In this document: one piece after another, positions 21,096 through 32,066 of the stretch
Position numbering within the stretch: the first letter of the stretch is position 1
Layout: each line of letters starts with the position of its first letter
From: an uncultured Gammaproteobacteria bacterium
Lineage (GTDB): Bacteria > Patescibacteriota > Microgenomatia > Levybacterales > GWA1-39-11
NCBI GenBank assembly: GCA_964537315.1
Contig: CAZIAP010000001.1
Coordinates: forward strand, 314,888-378,887
DNA length: 64,000 bases
Direction of reading: 5' to 3'
The notes under the pieces: model-generated
What the model saw: only the letters and a program-made list of their open reading frames with translations
Database searches by the model: none
What the model was told of the DNA's origin: nothing
Program-made: the position numbers and the translations under genes

Positions 21096-22823
21096 CTATA
21101 AATTGGTTAAGAAGCCATGTTCTGTCATTCTTTCTACAACTTCTTCAACCATATCATTTCTAATGTACAGATTTGTCTGTAAATCATAATTTTCGTGAAC
21201 AGAAATAGCTTGTAACTCTCTGTTTTCAATATCTGCGATGTTTGTATAATTTTCATCGACAAATTTATTAAACTCTGTGGCATAAGTTGCAGGACTTCGA
21301 CCATGAATAAAAAAGTTTCTATTGTAGTACATCACGACTGGCTTATTTTTATCAAAGTCTTGAATAATCTGTCTTTGAGTCTCGGAGTTAATCCCCAGAC
21401 CAGGAATTATAATTTGGAAACGTGATGGTACTTCTCGATTTGTGTAAAATAGTTCTTCAAACTCAAACGGTCCGATCCATACATACTCATCATCGTTCGT
21501 AATAGAATTTAGTATTGGAGCGGTTGTAGGTCGGTCATAAATAGCCGGTGCAAACCCCATAAATTTGTTGTATGTTTTCTCACCATATGCTCTTAAGAGG
21601 TACGCTGAGGTAAAGAAGCTATATATTCCCAACACTATAAATAGAGCTGCCACAATTATTTTCCTCACGTCAAATACTCTAGTTTTTAAGAACTGATACA
21701 TTTCGTAAAGCACAAAAACACCGTTAAAAAGTGAAAGCACAATATAGACTGCAGATTGATAATCCGTTTCTTTAGAGGTTAGAGGATTACTTCTCACATT
21801 TGAGTAAACCATGTAAAAAAAGAGGAATGCAGCCAAAACAAACTTTTTTCTTAGTATCAAATACACAATCATTACACTATTTGCCAGAGCTAAGGTTATA
21901 TTGAATGGGAATGAGAAATTGAAGCTAGATGCTTGATTGAGTAAAACAGTAAAGTTACTAAAGAAATTATAAAAAATTACAATTGCGTACCGTATCGGAT
22001 TTATGTTGTTTTGCCCTTCTTGATGTCCGGGATAGTTATACACGTAATACTTACCGTTAAACTCAATTGCTTGAAATAGATAATCAGTCAAGCTACCGGT
22101 TACAATGAAATAGAAAAATAATAAAAGATATGGAATAGCAAAAATGAGTATCGGTGACAACAAACTTTTAGAAAGTTTCCACTTAGTCTGTACAAGATAG
22201 TAATAAGCGGTATACAGATAAATGCCTGCCACTAGAAACGCGTATGTCAAAGAACTAAAGAGCGCTAAAAACGTAAAAACAGAGATGATGATTAGATCAA
22301 GACGAAGTAATGGTTTTTTGGTAACTGTTCTATAAAATAAAATCCCAAATACAGGGGTGAGTAGATAGGCAGCTATGTTGTCCGCAAGCAACATCTGTCC
22401 CCAAAAATATGTCGATGCTACTGACAGGACAACTAAAAATACCAGGTATACTCTTCCGATCTCATACCCAAAATAACGTTTAAAGTATAGATAAGTTCCG
22501 AGGAAAAAAGCAAAAAGCAAACCCGCGTAAATAAATCTAAACTTTACAAATGACTGTCCGCTAAATATTTCGATTGCAGCAGCGATCCAATAGGCTATCG
22601 GGTTATGATGAGTAAACCAATCCCGATATATTAGCTTGCCTTGTAAGGTATACCACCCACCAAGAATATTATCGAACTCGTCAGGATAACTTTCGTGCAG
22701 AGTATTGGTTAATAACAAAAAGAGAATAACACCAAAAAATATTAGTGTTACCAAAACGTTTCTTTCTTTTATGTATGAAAGAACCCTAGTAATACGCTTT
22801 CTCATATCAGAAAATAATTTCAA
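21096..22823 (-). CDS. polytopic membrane protein, GT-C-like
   Basis: 575 aa. Loop ESYPDEFDNILGGWY contains a DE motif; hydrophilic C-terminal domain. Confidence 0.5.
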   Translation of the reverse strand: MKLFSDMRKRITRVLSYIKERNVLVTLIFFGVILFLLLTNTLHESYPDEFDNILGGWYTLQGKLIYRDWFTHHNPIAYWIAAAIEIFSGQSFVKFRFIYAGLLFAFFLGTYLYFKRYFGYEIGRVYLVFLVVLSVASTYFWGQMLLADNIAAYLLTPVFGILFYRTVTKKPLLRLDLIIISVFTFLALFSSLTYAFLVAGIYLYTAYYYLVQTKWKLSKSLLSPILIFAIPYLLLFFYFIVTGSLTDYLFQAIEFNGKYYVYNYPGHQEGQNNINPIRYAIVIFYNFFSNFTVLLNQASSFNFSFPFNITLALANSVMIVYLILRKKFVLAAFLFFYMVYSNVRSNPLTSKETDYQSAVYIVLSLFNGVFVLYEMYQFLKTRVFDVRKIIVAALFIVLGIYSFFTSAYLLRAYGEKTYNKFMGFAPAIYDRPTTAPILNSITNDDEYVWIGPFEFEELFYTNREVPSRFQIIIPGLGINSETQRQIIQDFDKNKPVVMYYNRNFFIHGRSPATYATEFNKFVDENYTNIADIENRELQAISVHENYDLQTNLYIRNDMVEEVVERMTEHGFLTNL

Positions 22824-22840
22824 ATTTATTGTAACATACC

Positions 22841-24535
22841 TTACTCAACCATTTTAACTGCAACTTCACCATTTAAATACTCAACTATATATACAGGCAA
22901 AACAGATTCCAGAAAGTCCTGAGTGCGTCCGACATGCAACACATTTCCTTCGCTTCTTTCATACTCAATCGGCTTGAAAACATATGAATCAAATTCCCTA
23001 TACCCACCTTCAAGATATTTTTTGACATCTTCATGATATTTTTTAGGAGGATACTGCAAGTGATATAAAAAGAAAATATATGATTGATCAAGCGGTGACT
23101 GGTCTGCAACTACTATTTTGTCATACCTATGTTTATTTTTTTCTGTGTATTCCACTACTTGTTTATATCCATACTGCCATTCCTGTGATGAAAAGTGGTT
23201 GTACTGCGAAAAGTATTGATTGAGATAGTAAGCTCCGCTTACAGTAGTAAGAATAAAGAATAAAGTATAAAGTAACGGACTTAATACCTGATACTTCATA
23301 CCTGATACTTTATACCTTGATATAAAAAGGAATGTTTGCACCAAACCAACTGCTCCAAAGATTTGAAATAGTGGCAAAAAATTCAAGGTTCGAACACTAC
23401 TGGGAACATCCCAGGTAACTGCTGCAGGAACTGGAACCAATAAAAACCATCCGAAAATAAAAAGTTTAATGCTTCTTGATATACCGCTAAGTAATAGTGT
23501 ATAGATTCCGATAAGAATGAATGGTAGAGTCCATATGTAAAGGTTTCCCATTGAAGGCGCATGATGTCTTTCGATAGTATCCCCTGTTACGAAAAGCCAG
23601 TTCGGATTAAAGTGCGCAAGGTAATTACCAATTATTATTTTTGTGTGTACTACCCTCGCGTTATTAAATATTATTCCAAGATAGTCACCTTGCATACGGT
23701 TTTGTGCTGTACGTGCATATGCTTCTTGAACCTGAGGATACTCTCGTGCAAATACGCTTACCCCACGTGCTCTGCTCAACGAATCTGGATTGGTAAGTGT
23801 GCTTGAGACAAAAGGAAAAACAATGATAGCACCGATTACAACAGTTAAAATAAGTACTGGTCTGGAAACACTTGATAATATTTTTTTCCAAAATAAAGTG
23901 AGTAACAATATCACCATTAACGGTACAAATAGCTTCTCACTCTGGTATAGATAAAGCGCAGAACCTAGAAACACCACACTAAGTGGAAATAATTTATTTT
24001 TGCGAAGTCCTGCGAAAAAAAACAAAAAACCTAAAATATTAAATGTAACTGCCGCATTCGCTTCAAAGGCTACTCGAGAAAACTGAATATGCCAAGGAGA
24101 AATAGCCAAAAGTCCTGCAGCGACTATTGGGGTTATTGCTGCCCATTTGCCGACTAGTGGACTATCATCTGATTTGTTTTTAACCTTTAAAAATCTCAGA
24201 GACAGAAATTCTTTTACCAAGAAATAAGTAGCGATTACAGCTGTAATCCCAAGCAATGCTGATGGAAGTCTTACTGCAATGTCAGACAACCCAAATAATG
24301 CAATGAGTGGAATAATAAAATAGACATACAATGCAGGTTTAAAATCCCCAAATGACCGAATTGTTAGGGGTAAAAACTCTCCATATTCATCTCTACCTGT
24401 TTGCAAAATTGAGTATGCGTTATATCCTAGCGCTGCCTCATCCCAATCAAGAGATACAGGAATATTCCCGAGCTGCCACAATCTTAGAACCGCGGCAATC
24501 AAAATGACAAAAAATAAAATTAATTTATATTTCAT
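22841..24535 (-). CDS. GT39-family (PMT/ArnT-like) polyprenol-phosphate-sugar dependent glycosyltransferase, tandem paralog 1
   Basis: N-terminus MKYKLILFFVILIAAVLRLWQLGNIPVSLDWDEAALGYNAYSIL...GRDEYGEFLP is the canonical PMT_2 DE-motif loop. Confidence 0.75.
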   Translation of the reverse strand: MKYKLILFFVILIAAVLRLWQLGNIPVSLDWDEAALGYNAYSILQTGRDEYGEFLPLTIRSFGDFKPALYVYFIIPLIALFGLSDIAVRLPSALLGITAVIATYFLVKEFLSLRFLKVKNKSDDSPLVGKWAAITPIVAAGLLAISPWHIQFSRVAFEANAAVTFNILGFLFFFAGLRKNKLFPLSVVFLGSALYLYQSEKLFVPLMVILLLTLFWKKILSSVSRPVLILTVVIGAIIVFPFVSSTLTNPDSLSRARGVSVFAREYPQVQEAYARTAQNRMQGDYLGIIFNNARVVHTKIIIGNYLAHFNPNWLFVTGDTIERHHAPSMGNLYIWTLPFILIGIYTLLLSGISRSIKLFIFGWFLLVPVPAAVTWDVPSSVRTLNFLPLFQIFGAVGLVQTFLFISRYKVSGMKYQVLSPLLYTLFFILTTVSGAYYLNQYFSQYNHFSSQEWQYGYKQVVEYTEKNKHRYDKIVVADQSPLDQSYIFFLYHLQYPPKKYHEDVKKYLEGGYREFDSYVFKPIEYERSEGNVLHVGRTQDFLESVLPVYIVEYLNGEVAVKMVE

Positions 24536-24619
24536 ATAAATCAGTATCCAGTATAGTGTATACAGTATTTAGTTAGAAAAGAATTCCGTATCTTGAGACG
24601 GTTAAGTTTGCCCCGCTTA

Positions 24620-26248
24620 CTAAATGTCCACAGTGTATACAATAAAAACAGTTTTTCCATTCATTAATTTGATTTCTTTCTGAATATTTGCATCCTCTGG
24701 TACCAGCTCCGGGACATTGATATAAAGATTGCTGCCTTCTACTGTATGCGGTAAGTCTTTTCCAAAATGGAGATTTTCATAACGATTTACAGAGACAAAT
24801 CCAAATGAGTCTCTATGTATATCAGCATTAGTTCTAAAACTATTCGGATCTACCTGGTGATACAAGAGAAAGTAGATATATGGTCTTCCGAGCTGCGATG
24901 TTATATACACCGCGTCATAGTCATCCTTTTTTTGTTCAATATACTGGGCTGCTTCTTTATACCCATACTGCCATTCACCTGAGTATTTTTCAGCGTAGTT
25001 CTGTGAATATCCATACAAAAAGTACCAGAGATTTATTGCCAGCAATACAAGTAACATTGCTCCTATAACCCGCTGTCGCTTAAAAAACGCAAGTGCAGAT
25101 ACAAAACCATACGCTGCTATAATCTGTACTGTAGGAAGTACAGTCTCGATACGCAACGCATGAGGAGTTTCTCGAGCAGTCGCAGCCGGAATTATGCCAA
25201 CTGCAAACCAAACCGGAATCAACCACCAATGACCTTCCTTTCTACGAACCAAAAGAAATATTCCCAAACCCACAAACACAATATCCCAAAGATACAACTG
25301 CCCAACTTCTTGTGTTGAAAACCGCGGATTCACATCTCCTGAGATAAACAAAAACTGTGGATCAATATGGTCAAGATAATGTTTTATGTATTCGCGAGTA
25401 TACCCAACTCTACGGTTATTAATTATTTTTGACCACCACGCGTTGTCATCGTTTGCTATCTTTTGATTCGCCTCTTCTACGATTCTAATGTCACTAAATA
25501 TATTGACCTCCCGAAATCTTAAATTTGCTTGTGGTGAAAGAAGAAAGGGAATAAGCGGCAACACTAACAGTCCTCCTACAAGACCTGCAATAAGCGTTGA
25601 TTTTTTGTTCTCCCAAAGTTTACGCCAAAATACGATTACTAATACAAAAACTAGAAGTGGAGCAACAATGCGCGTGGTGTTAAATGTATAAAACGAGAGT
25701 GCAAATGAGATAGCTGATAAAGTTAAATACCAAGGTTTCGTGTTAACTGCTTTTATAAATGCGTAAACTCCAAATACTATGAAAAAACTCGCCACATTTG
25801 CTTCAAACGCAGCGCGTGATAGCATGATATGCCAAGGAGATACAGCTAAAAATAATGAGGAAAATAATGCAATCAACTCTATTCTCTTTGCATCTTTGTC
25901 ACGTTTAAAGTGAAAAATTTCTTTGACTAAAAAGTAAGTTGCCAGTACTGTTAGTACTCCGAACAATGCTGATGGAAGACGTACAGCAAACTCTGTAAGT
26001 CCTAAAATTTTTACCGGAACTACCGCCAAGTAAGCATATAACGGCGGCTTAAAATCACCATATGATTCAAGATATTTATATGGTAAAAACTCACCAAACT
26101 CATCTCGTCCATCAATTCCTAAAGTGTAAGCGTTATATCCCCATGCGGCTTCATCCCAATTAAGAGAAGGAGGATTTGTTCCAAGAGCATAGAATCTCAA
26201 AACTGCTGCTATGACTATTATTGCTAATAAAATTAACTTGTATTTCAT
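24620..26248 (-). CDS. GT39-family glycosyltransferase, tandem paralog 2
   Basis: MKYKLILLAIIVIAAVLRFYALGTNPPSLNWDEAAWGYNAYTLGIDGRDEFGEFLP. Confidence 0.75.
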   Translation of the reverse strand: MKYKLILLAIIVIAAVLRFYALGTNPPSLNWDEAAWGYNAYTLGIDGRDEFGEFLPYKYLESYGDFKPPLYAYLAVVPVKILGLTEFAVRLPSALFGVLTVLATYFLVKEIFHFKRDKDAKRIELIALFSSLFLAVSPWHIMLSRAAFEANVASFFIVFGVYAFIKAVNTKPWYLTLSAISFALSFYTFNTTRIVAPLLVFVLVIVFWRKLWENKKSTLIAGLVGGLLVLPLIPFLLSPQANLRFREVNIFSDIRIVEEANQKIANDDNAWWSKIINNRRVGYTREYIKHYLDHIDPQFLFISGDVNPRFSTQEVGQLYLWDIVFVGLGIFLLVRRKEGHWWLIPVWFAVGIIPAATARETPHALRIETVLPTVQIIAAYGFVSALAFFKRQRVIGAMLLVLLAINLWYFLYGYSQNYAEKYSGEWQYGYKEAAQYIEQKKDDYDAVYITSQLGRPYIYFLLYHQVDPNSFRTNADIHRDSFGFVSVNRYENLHFGKDLPHTVEGSNLYINVPELVPEDANIQKEIKLMNGKTVFIVYTVDI

Positions 26249-26287
26249 GTTTATATGTTACTTATTAACCTTCCAACTTTTTAACAT

Positions 26288-27955
26288 TTAATATTCCGTT
26301 TTTTGAACCTGTCCAACAAAGTATATGACATTATTGTTAATATCCTTAATTTCCGAAATAAGACCAGGTGGTTGCGTTTGTTCTTGGTATTCTTCCGGTG
26401 ATAGGATAACTAACGCATTTTTTGCACCCGAGTAATCAATTAAGTTTACTGATCCCAGTTCGCTCGGTCCTTCTTTTATCCACGAGGTGCCTCCAAATTT
26501 ATATTTACCAAATTGATACGGAGTGCCATTTTCTTGATACTCTTTTGGATCGTACTGAGTGTAAAATAATGTATAAATATACGGTTGCCAGTAGTGCCCT
26601 GAAATTATTACAGATTCATACTTCGAATGATTTTCTTGTACATACTCATTCAACTGTTTATACCCGTCTCCCCAATCCTTTGCGGTGAGAAAAGTACTGG
26701 TCGTAAAATAATTAAACAAATACGTACTAACCCAAAATAAGGCAATAGTCATACCTACCGCAGCAACCGGAATCCGAACGCGTGATTTTAAATGTTGAAA
26801 TAAAAATATAACTCCAATTGCGACTAAAATCTGTGGTACCGGAAGCAGATTCAGTGTACGAAGCGCGTGGGGAGCAAAAATCGAGAGAGCAGCTGGCAAC
26901 GGCGCCAATAACAACCAACCAAATATTACGTACTTAGCTTTTCCTCTTGACCTAGCAAGTATATATCCACCGTATATCAACAAAGGAAGTTCCCACAAAT
27001 ACATCACTCCCATATTCCGAGGGCTATGACGGGGATTAGGATCTCCGGAAGTAAAAAGAAAACTTGGACTGAAGTGAGATAGGTAGTTACTTACGATCTC
27101 ATTAAAATATACTACCCTCTCATTATAAAAAATATTCCCTAAATATCCATTTCCCGACTGAATTGCCCACATCTGAAATAGCGAAACTTTTTCATCAAGA
27201 TTATTAAATACGAGAACATCATTCGCTCGAGATGATCCATCAGATATATAGACTTGTTGGATGACAGGAATAGCTAATACTACAAACAGTATCGAAGCAA
27301 TTATTAACCAGGTTATATTTTTCTTGGCAAGTATTTGTTTCAAAAATACTACCCCAATTACTAGTAGTAAGAGTGGAAGAAACAAATGGATACTTCTATA
27401 AAAGTAAAGACTAACTCCCAAGAATGTAGCTGAGATTATATAGTTATACGATCCCATGCGTATAGCTCGCATCAAAAATGTAAGTCCCAGAACTACAAAA
27501 AACAATCCTCCATTTGCTTCGTATGCAGCACGCGAAAACTGAATGTGCCATGGAGAGATTGCTAAAAGCCCTGCAGATAGAAGTGAAATTGGTTCTTTTA
27601 TTTTTGAAAACTCAAAATGCCGTAGTAGTTCCCTAGTTAAAAAGAAAGTTGCTATAACTGTACCAATTCCAAATAGCGCTGAAGGGAGACGAGTGGTAAA
27701 CTCATTTAACCCAAGTAATTTTATAACTAATGCCGCCGAATATATGTAGCCGGGCATTTTGTAATCACCAAATGCCTCAAATAAAGTAGGGAGGAACACA
27801 CCATGTTCATCACGAAAAGTCTGGGCAATTGAAAAAGCATTGTATCCGATAGAAGCCTCATCCCAGTAAATCGATACCGGCACACTTCCAAGCTGCCAAA
27901 GCCTGAGAGCTGAAGCAATTATAATAATCAAGAATAAAGCCAGTTTAAGTTTCAC
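26288..27955 (-). CDS. GT39-family glycosyltransferase, tandem paralog 3 (GTG start)
   Basis: MKLKLALFLIIIIASALRLWQLGSVPVSIYWDEASIGYNAFSIAQTFRDEHGVFLP. The start is GTG at 27952-27954. Confidence 0.75.
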   Translation of the reverse strand: MKLKLALFLIIIIASALRLWQLGSVPVSIYWDEASIGYNAFSIAQTFRDEHGVFLPTLFEAFGDYKMPGYIYSAALVIKLLGLNEFTTRLPSALFGIGTVIATFFLTRELLRHFEFSKIKEPISLLSAGLLAISPWHIQFSRAAYEANGGLFFVVLGLTFLMRAIRMGSYNYIISATFLGVSLYFYRSIHLFLPLLLLVIGVVFLKQILAKKNITWLIIASILFVVLAIPVIQQVYISDGSSRANDVLVFNNLDEKVSLFQMWAIQSGNGYLGNIFYNERVVYFNEIVSNYLSHFSPSFLFTSGDPNPRHSPRNMGVMYLWELPLLIYGGYILARSRGKAKYVIFGWLLLAPLPAALSIFAPHALRTLNLLPVPQILVAIGVIFLFQHLKSRVRIPVAAVGMTIALFWVSTYLFNYFTTSTFLTAKDWGDGYKQLNEYVQENHSKYESVIISGHYWQPYIYTLFYTQYDPKEYQENGTPYQFGKYKFGGTSWIKEGPSELGSVNLIDYSGAKNALVILSPEEYQEQTQPPGLISEIKDINNNVIYFVGQVQKTEY

Positions 27956-27999
27956 AGTAATCTGTATTCAGTATTTATCTATAATCATAATTCATATAT

Positions 28000-28716
28000 C
28001 TAATCTCTAAACCGATACTTGATGAGTGTTTTTAGTGCTTCTATACCTTCAGGAATAGTCTGAAGTTTTTTTCCTTCCTCATATCCACGTGGCGTAGTAC
28101 GTATTGATATCTCGTGTATTTTATAGCCTGCTTTGATCAGTTTTGCGGTAACTTCCGGTTCAAAGTTAAATCCATTTCCCATTATCTTAGTTTTTTGAAT
28201 AAATTTTTTAGGAAAAATTTTATAACAAGTCTCCATATCTGTAACCCATTGCAAGTATAGAATACTGGTAATTAAACTCAAAAATCTGTTACCAAGATAA
28301 TGGATAAGAAATCTTGGACGTGACTCCTCTCCTCTAAGATGAGGCAAGCGCTTCAAACGTGTACCATAAACTACTTCTGCCTTTCCTTCCTGAATAGGAC
28401 GAAATAGTTTTTTCAAATCAGAAGGATTATACTCTAGATCCGCATCCTGAATTACGAAGTAGTCTCCGGTAGCTGCTCCCATACCGGTACGTACAGCAGC
28501 TCCTTTTCCTTTGTTTTTTTGATGTGTTAATACAGTCAGATTTGGGATCTTTTTTTCCAAGCTTGTTAAAATTTTTCCTGTATTGTCTGATGAGTAATCG
28601 TTTACTATTACAATTTCTTTGTCTGACGGTGAAATATCTACAGAGGAGACTTTTCTAATTACTTGCTCTACTGTTTTTTCTTCGTTAAAAACAGGAATAA
28701 TTATGGATAATTTCAT
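28000..28716 (-). CDS. GT2 polyprenol-phosphate glycosyltransferase-like (Dpm1/ArnC/GtrB-like)
   Basis: MKLSIIIPVFNEEKTVEQVI...IVIVNDYSSDNTGKIL; about 240 aa, as expected for a catalytic domain. Confidence 0.65.
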   Translation of the reverse strand: MKLSIIIPVFNEEKTVEQVIRKVSSVDISPSDKEIVIVNDYSSDNTGKILTSLEKKIPNLTVLTHQKNKGKGAAVRTGMGAATGDYFVIQDADLEYNPSDLKKLFRPIQEGKAEVVYGTRLKRLPHLRGEESRPRFLIHYLGNRFLSLITSILYLQWVTDMETCYKIFPKKFIQKTKIMGNGFNFEPEVTAKLIKAGYKIHEISIRTTPRGYEEGKKLQTIPEGIEALKTLIKYRFRD

Positions 28717-28747
28717 CTACTGATAAATTATATCAGTAAATTGCTTG

Positions 28748-29692
28748 CTATAACAGTACATTATGAAAGACTTCTTTATCTGATAAGACAAACAGCTGCT
28801 TACTTCTTTTACGTTTACTAAGAATTTCAGGTAAGCTGACTATTGCGAGAAAAAGTCCACTAAAAAACATCCAATCTCGGGAGAGTGTAAATCTTAAAAC
28901 ATAATATGGGAAGTACCATAGATGTGAAAGGAGATACATAACGTCGGTAATATTTTTCCAGACAAAAATTATTTGATTACGATACGCAATCTTTTTAACT
29001 TGATCTCTGGTAAAGTTTTGTTTAATAGCCCCCTCTTCGTGACGGTGCTCAACTACACTTTTTCTATCGAATTTTATCTTATAACCTGACTTTAAAGCTC
29101 GATAAGATAGATCGATATCCTCCCAATAAAATGGATTATATATCTCATCAAAACCCCCAAGTTTTTGAAAAATTGAAGCTCTAACTATACTACTTCCTCC
29201 GGATACCCATAATGTGTTTGTGTCGTCTACACTTCCCTTCCTGTGCATCAAAAATCCCTGTTCAAATTTACCTAGCCCTCTTCCACGCAAAACCTCTTTC
29301 CCTCCCTCTATGCTTCTATCCATACATCCGACTGCAAACAAACTTTCTTGCTCCTCAAATTGTGGAATTACTGAGTCTAAAAAGTTTTCTTCAGGAATTA
29401 CATCGCTATTTAATAAAACTAATAGATCAGCACTACTTTGCCCAGCACCAACATTAACAGTTTTAGAAAACCCGTAGTTTCTTTTATTTCTAATCAGGGA
29501 TATAGGAATTGAGTCAGTTTTTCTGAAGCGCGCAATAAATGATTCAAGAGCCTCATAATCCTCAATTTTTGAGTGATCATCAACAATGATAATTCCGGCA
29601 TCATGTTTTTTAACAGCACGGACTACCGAATTAAGATTTTTTTCGATTATTTTTGATCCGTTATAGTTAGGAATAATTACATCAATTTTCAT
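28748..29692 (-). CDS. glycosyltransferase family 2 with C-terminal membrane anchor
   Basis: MKIDVIIPNYNGSKIIEKNLNSVV...IIVDDHSKIED. Hydrophobic C-terminus. Confidence 0.75.
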   Translation of the reverse strand: MKIDVIIPNYNGSKIIEKNLNSVVRAVKKHDAGIIIVDDHSKIEDYEALESFIARFRKTDSIPISLIRNKRNYGFSKTVNVGAGQSSADLLVLLNSDVIPEENFLDSVIPQFEEQESLFAVGCMDRSIEGGKEVLRGRGLGKFEQGFLMHRKGSVDDTNTLWVSGGSSIVRASIFQKLGGFDEIYNPFYWEDIDLSYRALKSGYKIKFDRKSVVEHRHEEGAIKQNFTRDQVKKIAYRNQIIFVWKNITDVMYLLSHLWYFPYYVLRFTLSRDWMFFSGLFLAIVSLPEILSKRKRSKQLFVLSDKEVFHNVLL

Positions 29693-29738
29693 AAGTAATT
29701 AAGTTTCAGTTAAGCATTAATTCGTACGTGATTCAGTC

Positions 29739-32066
29739 TTAAAACTTAAATAGTTTATTCTCAAATATCACTGTATGTCTTCCTGCAGGAACAATTACAC
29801 CGCGGAAAGCATAGTTTGTACGATAAATTTCAGTTTCTTTTCCGTTAATACTAGCGCTCCATGTAGGATAGTATGCATCAGTAAAAACCAGGTATCCTTC
29901 ACTATCACTATTTGTTTGAATATCTACCCTATTAGTATCATACCGTATTATACGCGCTGAACCAGATGCAAATGTTTGTGTTTGTATATCTCTGCCTACT
30001 ACTGCTTCAGAAGTTAAGTCATGTGAGTATAAGGCAGACAACTCAGCTTCTTGTGTGGAATAGCTATGGATCTGGGATACAAAAAATACTCTCGGTAATG
30101 CACGACTATTTTGATAAACAATTGTTTGTCCTTCTTCTGCAACTTTTTCTAAATATTCAGGAACTGATTGGGAGGTGGCAAGAATAAATCTTGTATTCAA
30201 TAAATGCATCAGGTCGGTGTTCATACGACGAGGCGTAACGATTCGATTAAACTCAATTAATGTATTGGTCTCTCCCTCTCCTCTCTCTAGAGCTGAAACA
30301 TATTTTCCGTACCATGTAGTATATAAAGGATCGTATCCGTCAACTGATGCAAGTTTATAGGTTGTTAAAAAATTTGCAGGCATTACTTCAGAATTTAAAG
30401 ATGCAACTCTAAATGGATCATGCTGATTTTCTAAATATGAGATGGTCTGAGTATTTGGAAAAAGATATTCTGGACGTGTAAATGGCAAGAATTTATCTGA
30501 AAATCTTAGTAAGTCTAGCGCTGCAATACCAAAAAACAGGAGCGGAACCACAAGTTTTGACCGATTGCCTGAAAACACATGTGCAAAAAATGCTGAACAT
30601 ACTGCTGCTGCAAAAAGAGCTGTTGGAAGAATCAAGTTTTTTTGCGCTACAACCCAGTTCTCCAAACTCTGCGCACCAAGCCAGCCTACTTTAAAAAATA
30701 CTAATACCCAAAGAGCCAACAGAATAGCGCCCACTAAAAATAAAACAGTGTAAAACTGATAATATGTCTTTCTTCCTTTATTGAGACGTGCTGTAAAATA
30801 CTCTAAACCAAACGACGCCAATACGGAGAATGAAAATGTAGAAATAAATAATAGTCGAGTTGGCTGTGCTGTGGACAGTAGAGGAATTTCTAGCATGTAG
30901 GGAAGTCTTGCGATCATATTATCAGTCGCAAACAACAATGACATTAACAACGTTACAGTAAAAAATATAGTCCTTTTACTTTTATAGAAAATGACAGCAA
31001 TACCCGCAAACAATAATGGAACGATCCCAACATAACCAACTAACTCTCCATAATTCCACGTCCCCCAGTAATTTAGAGTTGTAGGATTTCCAAAAAAATC
31101 AGGCGCCACAAATTGTATCAAATGTTGGATGGGGATGAACCAACCCTCTTGCTGTGAATATAACTGATCTGTCTGTCGTGCTGAAAGTAAAATAAACTGT
31201 AATGTAGGAATCCATTGAATAGCAGTTAGTAATAAGTACAGTGTATAGGGTATGAAGAAAAAGAGTAATAGCTTTAAATTTTTAGCCTGAATTGCTCGAG
31301 CCAGCAAATATAACAAAGAAAATGCGACTACATAAAAGTGGGTTTGTAAGTGTCCAGCAAATAACGAAAAGGACAGAGAATAAGAAAGAATTAAACTCCA
31401 GAGAACAATTAGTTTGTAGTTTGTGACGGATGGTTTCTTACTATGTTTAGATTTTAGCCATGAACTATTAGCTAATAACCAACTACTACTTTTATCTATT
31501 GATAAAAGTATCAATGGTAGCCACAACACAGTGTGTATAATATTTCCCCACTCAAGCCAAGCAATAAAAAATCCGGAAAAAACAAAAGCTAATGCTCCAA
31601 ACGCAGATGCTGATCGAGAAAGATTTAAGTTACGGGTATATAGATAAAAGAAAACTGCCCCCAGTATCTGCTGTAGCATAATAAATGCAGTCCACCCTAA
31701 AATAAAATTCTTTCCTATCAATAAAATGTTTAATGGATAAAATGCTCCTGACTGAAAATTGGCAAGCAGTGGTTTTCCAGTCATTTCATAAGGATTCCAC
31801 AATGGAAGTTCTAGTGCACGCCAAGAATCCATAACTAGCATCTTCCAAGGAATTATCTGTCGAACAGGGTCAGTGATTAAAAAATTTTTAAATGGAATTC
31901 CGTTAGGATAATCGGCAGCATACAGATCACGGTATGGGTGATATAGACCGATAATTGTATCCGCAGGAACAGGGATAAGACCGTGTAGGATTGTTTGATG
32001 AAAGAGTGCAAGTACTGTGCAGACTAAAAGAAAAGGATAAAAATACTTGGTAATAACTTCTCTCAT
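29739..32066 (-). CDS. very large polytopic membrane protein (775 aa), YfhO-like putative glycosyltransferase
   Basis: About 14 TM helices followed by a ~200-aa beta-rich C-terminal domain, an architecture typical of the YfhO family. Confidence 0.45.
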   Translation of the reverse strand: MREVITKYFYPFLLVCTVLALFHQTILHGLIPVPADTIIGLYHPYRDLYAADYPNGIPFKNFLITDPVRQIIPWKMLVMDSWRALELPLWNPYEMTGKPLLANFQSGAFYPLNILLIGKNFILGWTAFIMLQQILGAVFFYLYTRNLNLSRSASAFGALAFVFSGFFIAWLEWGNIIHTVLWLPLILLSIDKSSSWLLANSSWLKSKHSKKPSVTNYKLIVLWSLILSYSLSFSLFAGHLQTHFYVVAFSLLYLLARAIQAKNLKLLLFFFIPYTLYLLLTAIQWIPTLQFILLSARQTDQLYSQQEGWFIPIQHLIQFVAPDFFGNPTTLNYWGTWNYGELVGYVGIVPLLFAGIAVIFYKSKRTIFFTVTLLMSLLFATDNMIARLPYMLEIPLLSTAQPTRLLFISTFSFSVLASFGLEYFTARLNKGRKTYYQFYTVLFLVGAILLALWVLVFFKVGWLGAQSLENWVVAQKNLILPTALFAAAVCSAFFAHVFSGNRSKLVVPLLFFGIAALDLLRFSDKFLPFTRPEYLFPNTQTISYLENQHDPFRVASLNSEVMPANFLTTYKLASVDGYDPLYTTWYGKYVSALERGEGETNTLIEFNRIVTPRRMNTDLMHLLNTRFILATSQSVPEYLEKVAEEGQTIVYQNSRALPRVFFVSQIHSYSTQEAELSALYSHDLTSEAVVGRDIQTQTFASGSARIIRYDTNRVDIQTNSDSEGYLVFTDAYYPTWSASINGKETEIYRTNYAFRGVIVPAGRHTVIFENKLFKF

